DNA of 46,311 nt, from NCBI GenBank assembly GCA_964367875.1, contig CAYJAL010000001.1, positions 1 to 46,311 of the forward strand. Reading direction: 5' to 3'. The notes under the pieces were generated by a model, which saw nothing but the letters and a program-made list of their open reading frames with translations, was not told the origin of the DNA and made no database searches. This stretch comes from an uncultured Desulfovibrionaceae bacterium. Its GTDB lineage: Bacteria; Desulfobacterota; Desulfovibrionia; Desulfovibrionales; Desulfovibrionaceae. The position numbers were made by a program, and so were the translations under genes. Below, piece by piece: positions 1 through 6,939 of this stretch. Positions within the stretch are counted from its first letter, which is position 1; each line of letters opens with the position of its first letter.

Positions 1-87
1 CCTGTAACGATTGATTAAATTATTGATGGCTTTTTTTGATTGCATGCGAGCTCCACAGTATGAGATTAAAATTTAAAAGTAAAAAAA

Positions 88-585
88 CTACACCAAAAAT
101 TTGCGCATATTTATATGACAAATGGCCACACCTAGGGCGTCGCTGGTATCTAGCAACCATTCTTCCTTAGTGCCCTTGGTGCCTAAAAGAACGCGTACCA
201 TATAGGCCACTTGTTCTTTTTCTGCCCTGCCCACACCTACCAGCGATTTTTTCACTAAGGTGGGTTCATAATCGTGTACGGGCAAATCAAAGCCAGCACA
301 GGCCGCTACGGCAACGCCGCGGGCTTGACCAAGCTTTAGGGCTGTCATGGCGTTTTTAGCAGTGAAAACTTGCTCTATGGCAGCCTCTTGGGGCTTATGA
401 TAGGCTATAACAGCGGTGAGTTCTTTATAGATGGTGGCAAGGCGCACAGAAAAAGGCGTATTGGCCTTGCTTTGGGTGCGAATGGCACCACAATCTACAA
501 GTCGCAATACGCCTGAATGTTCTTCTACTATACCCCAACCTGTTATGCGCGAGCCGGGGTCAATGCCTATAACGCGTACAGACAT
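88..585 (-). CDS. ruvC: Crossover junction endodeoxyribonuclease RuvC
   Basis: 165-aa ORF. The N-terminus [21 protein letters not shown] is the typical RuvC (RNase H-fold) start. The start overlaps the yebC stop (TAATG at 583..587). Confidence 0.9.
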   Translation of the reverse strand: MSVRVIGIDPGSRITGWGIVEEHSGVLRLVDCGAIRTQSKANTPFSVRLATIYKELTAVIAYHKPQEAAIEQVFTAKNAMTALKLGQARGVAVAACAGFDLPVHDYEPTLVKKSLVGVGRAEKEQVAYMVRVLLGTKGTKEEWLLDTSDALGVAICHINMRKFLV

Positions 586-1328
586 TATTCCATTTCTGCC
601 AAGATTTCTTCCGGCAGGTCAAAGTTAGCATAGACATTTTGTACATCGTCGTTATCGTCCAAAGCATCCATAAGCTTGAGCACTTTACGAGCGGTATCTG
701 CGTCTAACATAATGGTATTTTGCGGAATCATGGCCAGTTCTGCCGAAAGCATTTCCACTTCGGCGCTTTCTAAGGCATCACGCACGCTAGCAAAATCTGT
801 TAAAGCGGTGTGGATTGTCCATGTATCGCCATCATCAATAACATCATCGGCGCCGGCTTCCAAGGCCACTTCCATCATGGCATCTTCATCGTATTTGGCT
901 CTATCAATGCTGATAACGCCTTTGCGATCAAACATAAAGGTTACGCAGCCAGTTTCACCCATGGAGCCACCATGCTTGGTAAGCAAGTGACGTACTTCAG
1001 CAACGGTGCGATTTTTATTATCGGTGGCTGTTTCTACAATAACGGCAATGCCGCCGGGGGCATAGCCTTCGTAGTTGATTTCAAAAAGCTCACCGCCGGC
1101 ATCTTCGCCTGTACCTTTACGGATGGCGCCTTCAATTTTATCCTTGGGAAGGTTCACAGCTTTTGCCGCGGCAATGGCTGCGCGCAAACGTGAGTTACCG
1201 GCAGGATCGCCACCGCCCTTGGCAGCAATAATAATTTCTTTGGCAGCCTTGGTAAAAACCTTGCCGCGCTTGGCATCTTGACGACCTTTACGGTGTTGGA
1301 TATTGGCCCATTTACTATGTCCAGCCAT
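585..1328 (-). CDS. yebC: YebC/PmpR-family transcriptional regulator
   Basis: 247-aa ORF starting [23 protein letters not shown], the hallmark YebC-family N-terminus. It shows the classic yebC-ruvC linkage. Confidence 0.9.
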   Translation of the reverse strand: MAGHSKWANIQHRKGRQDAKRGKVFTKAAKEIIIAAKGGGDPAGNSRLRAAIAAAKAVNLPKDKIEGAIRKGTGEDAGGELFEINYEGYAPGGIAVIVETATDNKNRTVAEVRHLLTKHGGSMGETGCVTFMFDRKGVISIDRAKYDEDAMMEVALEAGADDVIDDGDTWTIHTALTDFASVRDALESAEVEMLSAELAMIPQNTIMLDADTARKVLKLMDALDDNDDVQNVYANFDLPEEILAEME

Positions 1329-1346
1329 GTTCTAAACCTCGCTATT

Positions 1347-1958
1347 TCAAATGGAATTTATATATTCTTTGCCTTTAAAACCTGTACCCACAAAGAAGGT
1401 TTCTTTGCTTTCTTGGCGAGAACTGTTGGGTTTAAAGGATTTAACCTTGGTAAATTGCTTACGCATGGGCAAGAGCAGCTCTTGCACGTCCGGCCCCATA
1501 AAAATTTTCACAATAAAGGCGCCGCCATCTTTTAGGTATAAACCTGCCACGGCAAGAGCCTCAACGCACAGCTCTAGGGAGCGCGTTTGGTCGGTAAACT
1601 TTGTGCCCGTGGTACGCGGAGCCATATCGCTCATAACCACATCAAAAGGGCCAAGAGCTTGCAATTTTTCTTCAAACTCCGGCGAGCGCTCAAAAACATC
1701 CTCTTGCAAAAAAGTGATATTTGAGGGAAAAATAGTTTCCGTGGTTTGAATATCGCAGCCCAGCACCAAGCCCTCTTTGCCCACTTTTTCAGCAGCGCCA
1801 AGAGACCAAGAGCCGGGAGCAGCGCCTAAATCCAGCACCTTCATACCGCGACGAAAGATTTTGAATTTATTATCAATTTCTTTCAATTTATACACAGAAC
1901 GCGCAGGATAGCTTTGCTCTTTTGCTTTACGAAAATAGTAATCTCTGTATTCTTTCAT
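1347..1958 (-). CDS. rlmE: 23S rRNA (uridine-2'-O)-methyltransferase RlmE/FtsJ
   Basis: [32 protein letters not shown] is an FtsJ-type SAM-binding motif. I placed the start at the internal ATG 1958 ([13 protein letters not shown]), which is preceded by GGTGA. The upstream ATG at 1979 has no SD. Confidence 0.85.
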   Translation of the reverse strand: MKEYRDYYFRKAKEQSYPARSVYKLKEIDNKFKIFRRGMKVLDLGAAPGSWSLGAAEKVGKEGLVLGCDIQTTETIFPSNITFLQEDVFERSPEFEEKLQALGPFDVVMSDMAPRTTGTKFTDQTRSLELCVEALAVAGLYLKDGGAFIVKIFMGPDVQELLLPMRKQFTKVKSFKPNSSRQESKETFFVGTGFKGKEYINSI

Positions 1959-2036
1959 AGTTTCACCATGCGGGAACATATGCTAAAAATTACTTTTAGC
2001 CAAGTATATTATGCCCATAAAAATTTTTGAGGCTTT

Positions 2037-3731
2037 ATGACACATTCTCCCCCTTTTAACCATGATGCTACAAGACAGCGCCCCCTGCGTTTACGCAAGG
2101 CCGATTTTATGGGTAAAGTATGCAGCTTGCCCAGCGGCGCCGCCTCCTATGAAAGATTAGATAGCCATGCTAAGCTTACAGCGCACATACTTTTGGGCAC
2201 AGCAGGCTTATGGGGGCAAGAAGGCCTAGAAAAGCTATTACCCCATGCAGATATGCTTAAAGACAATACCCCTGTGGCGGTGGTGGAGAGCGAACATTTT
2301 TTTGCTAGCCTATCAGATGAAGAAAAAAGATTTTATCCTGTATTACCAGACTATTGGAAAACCGCAACAACGCAACAACAAGCACTTGCCCTCTTAGCTC
2401 TATGGCAAGAAAAATACACAGTGGCGCTGTGGTGGTATACGTACAATGAGCGTTTGTATCCCGAATTTTGGGAAACCATTATGGGCAGCATTTTACAGGT
2501 AAATATGTTGCAGCATACAAAGAAGATACAACACACCCCACAGCTCCCTAAAATACTTTTGGGCTGTGCGCCGCATCAATTGCTGGAGCAAGAAATCACG
2601 CAAGCCTTTACGGAGCTTGGCTATGAAGTCTTGCCTGTACGCCAAGGGGGTTTTAGTTGTAACCAAGGAAAAAATAAGCCCGACGCCCTGCCCGACGCCC
2701 TGCCCGACGCTCTACATGATGCCTTGGGCAGCAAGCAAACGGTGCTCTTCTTTTCGCTCAATGCGCAAGGCCTAGATGCTGAGGGGCGAGACTTTGCCCT
2801 CTTACGCGCGCTGAATATTCCTGTGGCTTTGTGGTTTGTGGATAATCCGTGGCATGTACTGGCTTCCTTGCGTCTGCCATGGTGGAAAAAAGCTTTGCTT
2901 ATGCCCACCGATGATTCCTTTATACAGCCCTTACAAGATGCAGGCGCCACGCAAGTATTGCATATGCCCTTGGCCGCAGCAGAACATATGTGGCAAGCGC
3001 AACAACAACACCGCAACACACCGCATATATTAGACTTACAAAAGAAAGCACAAAGCGCCACTTGTATCTTTGTAGGTAATGCAGCCTTTGCGCAAAAAAA
3101 CGCCTTCTTTGCGGCAGCTAAGCTTAATGAAAAACTTTTCTTCCAAGCACAAAAACTTATACAAAGCGGAAAAGAATCACCGCACTATCATTGGTGGGCT
3201 CAAGCTATGTATATGGATTGTTATTGGCAGCATGCGCAGTTACGCCATGTGGGATTTAATGCAGAACAAAGCGCTCAATTTCAGCGCGTGCATTGGCTAC
3301 AACACTTTGCTCAAGAAAATGTAGCCATCTTTGGAGATACAAAGAACTGGCAAAGCTTACTGCCCACGCTCAAAGCCCATTGCTTTCATGCTGCGGTGGA
3401 TTATTACACGGACTTGCCAAGCCTTTATGCAGCGGCAAACAGCGTGCTTAATGTTACATCCTTACTTTTGCCGACAGGCCTAACCCAAAGGCATTTTGAT
3501 GTATGGGCAGCGGGGGGTTTTTTATGGACAAATCACACCAAGGGCTTGGATATATTTGCACAAGAGCTAGTAAAGCCCATAGCTTTTACCCGCGTTGAAG
3601 ATATGAAAAAGGCCTTGCTCAGTATGCCCTATGGGCAAAAGCAAGACCTCAAAAAAGGCTGGCAAGAAGAGCTACGCACAAAGCATAGCTATGTCATGCG
3701 ACTGAAAAAACTTTTAAACTCTATTGGCTAA
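2037..3731 (+). CDS. CgeB-like (DUF3880 plus glycosyltransferase-like C-terminus) protein, function unknown
   Basis: 564-aa ORF with GAGG 5 nt upstream of the ATG. LFFSLNAQGLDAEGRDFALLRALNIPVALWFVDNPWHVL and the C-terminal LNVTSLLLPTGLTQRHFDVWAAGGFLWTN resemble CgeB-type proteins. This is from memory only, not searched. Confidence 0.55.
   Translation: MTHSPPFNHDATRQRPLRLRKADFMGKVCSLPSGAASYERLDSHAKLTAHILLGTAGLWGQEGLEKLLPHADMLKDNTPVAVVESEHFFASLSDEEKRFYPVLPDYWKTATTQQQALALLALWQEKYTVALWWYTYNERLYPEFWETIMGSILQVNMLQHTKKIQHTPQLPKILLGCAPHQLLEQEITQAFTELGYEVLPVRQGGFSCNQGKNKPDALPDALPDALHDALGSKQTVLFFSLNAQGLDAEGRDFALLRALNIPVALWFVDNPWHVLASLRLPWWKKALLMPTDDSFIQPLQDAGATQVLHMPLAAAEHMWQAQQQHRNTPHILDLQKKAQSATCIFVGNAAFAQKNAFFAAAKLNEKLFFQAQKLIQSGKESPHYHWWAQAMYMDCYWQHAQLRHVGFNAEQSAQFQRVHWLQHFAQENVAIFGDTKNWQSLLPTLKAHCFHAAVDYYTDLPSLYAAANSVLNVTSLLLPTGLTQRHFDVWAAGGFLWTNHTKGLDIFAQELVKPIAFTRVEDMKKALLSMPYGQKQDLKKGWQEELRTKHSYVMRLKKLLNSIG
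2679..2726 (+). repeat. In-frame 12-bp tandem repeat (cccgacgccctg x3 plus one degenerate unit) encoding PDAL-PDAL-PDAL-HDAL
   Basis: Read directly: cccgacgccctg (2679..2690), cccgacgccctg (2691..2702), cccgacgctcta (2703..2714), catgatgccttg (2715..2726). Confidence 0.9.
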
Positions 3732-4198
3732 TAAATAGCCTTACGCATGCGCCATAAATGCGCCGCCGTAAGCAGTGCAAAAGCGCCGCCGGCCATATAG
3801 TGAGCTTTTTTATTGCCCACACCGCCGCTAAGCAAGGTCACCATAAAGGTGGAAATCATGCTGGCGTGAATAATTTTGCGCTTTTGCGCCTTAGTAAGCT
3901 TGGTGGGTAAGGCAAGAGGCTTGGAGCTCGCGGCGGCTGGGGTCTCTTCCTTGGCGCCATTTTCCTTAAGCCATTCTTCACCTTGGCTTAAAAGCACTTG
4001 AATTTCTTCATCGCTAATAAACTCGGCATCATAATGAATAAGCAAAGAGCCCGTAATGGCCTTATGCTCAATGCTTTGAATGCCATTCATTTCTAGCAAA
4101 AAAGTGCAAATTTCTTGCCCAATGGCGGCATCCTTCAAAGCAGGATGGCGCAAGCGAATACGCCCTTCAGTAAAAGAAACTATATAATCTTCTAACAT
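3728..4198 (-). CDS. Membrane-anchored HMA-like (cysteine-motif-less) domain protein
   Basis: 156-aa ORF. The N-terminal VSFTEGRIRLRHPAL...SIEHKAITGSLLIHYD parallels the N-terminus of the upstream ATPase. The C-terminus has two hydrophobic helices (IIHASMISTFMVTLLSGGVG and HYMAGGAFALLTAAHLW). The start lies 1 nt after the ATPase stop. Confidence 0.6.
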   Translation of the reverse strand: MLEDYIVSFTEGRIRLRHPALKDAAIGQEICTFLLEMNGIQSIEHKAITGSLLIHYDAEFISDEEIQVLLSQGEEWLKENGAKEETPAAASSKPLALPTKLTKAQKRKIIHASMISTFMVTLLSGGVGNKKAHYMAGGAFALLTAAHLWRMRKAIY

Positions 4199-4199
4199 C

Positions 4200-6344
4200 T
4201 TATACCTCGCTGCATGTATTTTCTACAAGGTCTTGGTCATGCACCACCGGCAAGTGCGGTCTGGTGGCATTGATAGTCACGCCCACTGTGGTCACATTAT
4301 GCAAAACGGCAGATAAGGTGGGGGTAATAATGCCAAAAAGACTGGCCGCTAAAAAGGCAGAGTTCAAGCCCATATTGGCCACAAAATTGCCTTTAATGCG
4401 TTGCACAACCTTTTGCCCCAACTGACGTGCCACCACAAGCGATTGTAAATTACTTTCTAATAGCACCACATCAGCCACTTCTTTAGCTAAGTCGGTACCA
4501 TCGCGCAAACTTACGCCCACATCGGCCATGGAAAGACCAGGCGCGTCATTGACGCCATCGCCCACCATAATAACCTTGCAGCCTTGAGCTTGCAAAGCTT
4601 GCACAATTTGTGCTTTGTCCACCGGTAAAATACCGGCATGAAATTCTGTAATGCCCAAATGGTCAGCCATATTTTTGGCAGCGCGTCTATCATCGCCTGT
4701 AAGCATAACCACACGCTTAATGCCGCTTTCTTTAAGCTGCTCAATAACGTCTGCTGCTTCGGGGCGCACGGTATCGCGTATGGCAATAATGCCGGCAATG
4801 GCTCCACCTTTAGCAAGGTATAACATGGAATAGCCCTGAGCTACAAGGCGTTCCACTTGCTCTTCCAAGGGGCTGATATCAATATTTTCATCATCACGTA
4901 CATAGTGGCGACTGCCAAGCAATACACGCTCTCCGTGCAATTTGCTGGCAATACCATGAGCAACCACATATTCCACTTCGCCATGCTCTTCTTCGTGCAT
5001 AAGATTTTGCAGCTCTGCCTCGCGCACAATGGCTCTAGCCACAGGGTGCGGAAAGTGCTCTTCCATACACGCAGCAAGGCGCAAAATTTCTTGCGGCGTA
5101 CTGCCTTCACATGCCAGCACCTCAGCCACTTCAGGCTTGGCCTGGGTCAAAGTACCAGTCTTATCAAATACTATGGTGTCTGCTTCGGCAAGGGCTTCTA
5201 AAAAGACGCCGCCCTTAATAAGCACACCGCGGCTAGCAGCCTCGCGCATGGTGGCTAAAATGGCCAAAGGCGTAGCCAAACGCAATGCGCAAGAATAATC
5301 TACCAAAAGCACGGATGAGGCGCGGATAGGATCGCGCGTTACAAGATACACAAGGCCGGCCAATAAGAAGGTAAAGGGCACTGCGCCATCAGCCATGCGC
5401 AAGGCGCGGCTTTCTATATCAGCCTTTAAGCTTTGAGAATCTTCGATAAAATCTATAATTTTTTGCAGGCGCGTTTCAGAAGCTAAAGAGGTGGGACGCA
5501 CCAAAATGGCGCCTTCTTCCACCACGGTGCCGGCATATACCGAGCACCCCGCATTGCGTACAACGCCTTGCGGTTCCCCTGTCATGGAAGATTGATTCAC
5601 CACTGCTTCACCGCCCACCACAAGGCCATCTACCATGATGACGGCACCGGTGCGCACAATAACTTCATGCTCAAGGGTAAGCTGGCTAAAGGGAATACGT
5701 ACCTCTGTATCGCCATCGCGCACCCAAACATTATCCACATCCAGCGCCAAGCTTTGCGCAAGCCCTTCGCGCGAATGGTGGCGCGTCCAAGATTCTAAGG
5801 CTTCACCAAGTCCTAAAAGGAAGGTGAGCATGCTTACGGTGGGATAATCGCGGCGCCATAAGGAAATACCAATGGCTGTTGCGTCTAAAAGCTCCACATT
5901 GATATGCCCCTTGCACAAGGATTTCAGCCCTTGTAACAAATGAGGAATGGCAGATCTAAGGCTGCAGATAATGCGCAACCAGGGCGGCATTAAGGGGCGC
6001 AATAAAATGTAACGTACGATGGGCCATAATAAGGGGAATTTACCCATTTTTTCTGGCAAGGCCACCGCATGGCTTACTAAGGCTAAGGTGGAAGAACGCG
6101 TACAAACCGGCGGCGTTGTATCTTCTACCTGTAAAAACTCTAAGGCTTTAGCGCGCGACTTTGCGCTGGAATACCAAAAAAGCACCGAACCACTACGCGG
6201 ATTGATACTTATTTCTTGTATACCTTCTATGCCTTCAAGAGCGGTCTGCCACTGCTGGGCAGTACGTTTGGAAAGAGGACAAAGGGAACGCGCACGCAAT
6301 CTGCCTACGCTTCCTTGAATTTCATGAACAATAGTACACTGCAT
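4200..6344 (-). CDS. Heavy-metal-type (P1B) P-type ATPase with non-canonical TM4 motif
   Basis: 714-aa ORF with DKTGTLT (DKTGT = 5151..5165), MLTGD and GDGVNDAP. TM4 reads LLVDYSCALRLATP (YSCA = 5286..5297) where CPC/SPC is expected. The N-terminal HMA-like domain has no CxxC. Confidence 0.9.
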   Translation of the reverse strand: MQCTIVHEIQGSVGRLRARSLCPLSKRTAQQWQTALEGIEGIQEISINPRSGSVLFWYSSAKSRAKALEFLQVEDTTPPVCTRSSTLALVSHAVALPEKMGKFPLLWPIVRYILLRPLMPPWLRIICSLRSAIPHLLQGLKSLCKGHINVELLDATAIGISLWRRDYPTVSMLTFLLGLGEALESWTRHHSREGLAQSLALDVDNVWVRDGDTEVRIPFSQLTLEHEVIVRTGAVIMVDGLVVGGEAVVNQSSMTGEPQGVVRNAGCSVYAGTVVEEGAILVRPTSLASETRLQKIIDFIEDSQSLKADIESRALRMADGAVPFTFLLAGLVYLVTRDPIRASSVLLVDYSCALRLATPLAILATMREAASRGVLIKGGVFLEALAEADTIVFDKTGTLTQAKPEVAEVLACEGSTPQEILRLAACMEEHFPHPVARAIVREAELQNLMHEEEHGEVEYVVAHGIASKLHGERVLLGSRHYVRDDENIDISPLEEQVERLVAQGYSMLYLAKGGAIAGIIAIRDTVRPEAADVIEQLKESGIKRVVMLTGDDRRAAKNMADHLGITEFHAGILPVDKAQIVQALQAQGCKVIMVGDGVNDAPGLSMADVGVSLRDGTDLAKEVADVVLLESNLQSLVVARQLGQKVVQRIKGNFVANMGLNSAFLAASLFGIITPTLSAVLHNVTTVGVTINATRPHLPVVHDQDLVENTCSEV

Positions 6345-6362
6345 GACGTTCCCTCAAAAAAC

Positions 6363-6614
6363 CTAGGCTTCGGCCTTTTCTTGTGTAGCTTTACGCTTTT
6401 CAGAAGTATTTTGGGCTTCTGCCACTAAATCCTCTACAGTTTCTTTCAAGGTTTCTACCTTGCCCATAACGCAATCTTTGGCATCCATGCCACGGCTAAG
6501 TAAATCTGCTGCCATAGGACGAAATGCAGAGTTCCCACTTAAGGCTTGCTTTGCCATGGCACCAACGACCACACCACCTAAAAATACCAAACCGAAACGT
6601 AAAAATCCTTGCAT
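6363..6614 (-). CDS. Small single-pass membrane protein with charged Glu/Ala/Lys-rich tail (first gene of the ATPase cluster)
   Basis: 83-aa ORF with an AAGGAG-like SD (aaaaaggagtagtat ATG on the minus strand). It has the N-terminal hydrophobic helix FGLVFLGGVVVGAMA. There are 18 nt between its stop and the ATPase start. Confidence 0.55.
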   Translation of the reverse strand: MQGFLRFGLVFLGGVVVGAMAKQALSGNSAFRPMAADLLSRGMDAKDCVMGKVETLKETVEDLVAEAQNTSEKRKATQEKAEA

Positions 6615-6668
6615 ATACTACTCCTTTTTGTATTCCCCATGAGGGAAAAATATAATGTTCTTTCAGCA

Positions 6669-6696
6669 TATCTAACACGGAAAAAGACTTTTGCAA
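6669..6696 (-). promoter_or_regulatory. Candidate sigma70 promoter of the ATPase cluster
   Basis: On the minus strand: TTGCAA (6691..6696), a 16-nt spacer, then TAGATA (6669..6674), about 55 nt upstream of the 83-aa ORF. Weak match found by eye only. Confidence 0.25.
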
Positions 6697-6939
6697 GCCT
6701 CCTTATATGTTAAAACGCTTAAGAATGATTGGCGTTTTCATTTACCTAGAGCATTTTACTAGGGATAGCAAGCTTTTTTTGAACTTAAACTTCAATTTTA
6801 CGCCTTATTTACATATTTCTATAAAAATTTTTTCCTATAATATTTACCTATTATAAAAACACAAAGGAGATATTAAGCAATAATTAACATGTAAAACATA
6901 TGGTTATTCTGAATGTTAATTTCATTGAAGAATTTTACA

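Noticed and set aside
1-45. Possible minus-strand gene start (ATG at 43..45, MQSKKAINNLINRYR...) running off the left edge
   Set aside because: Only 15 codons are visible. The sequence does not resemble RuvA, which might be expected after ruvC. It is too short to call.
6615-6939. oriC candidate in the AT-rich spacer
   Set aside because: No DnaA boxes lie inside the spacer. The perfect boxes found in the window are dispersed and intragenic.
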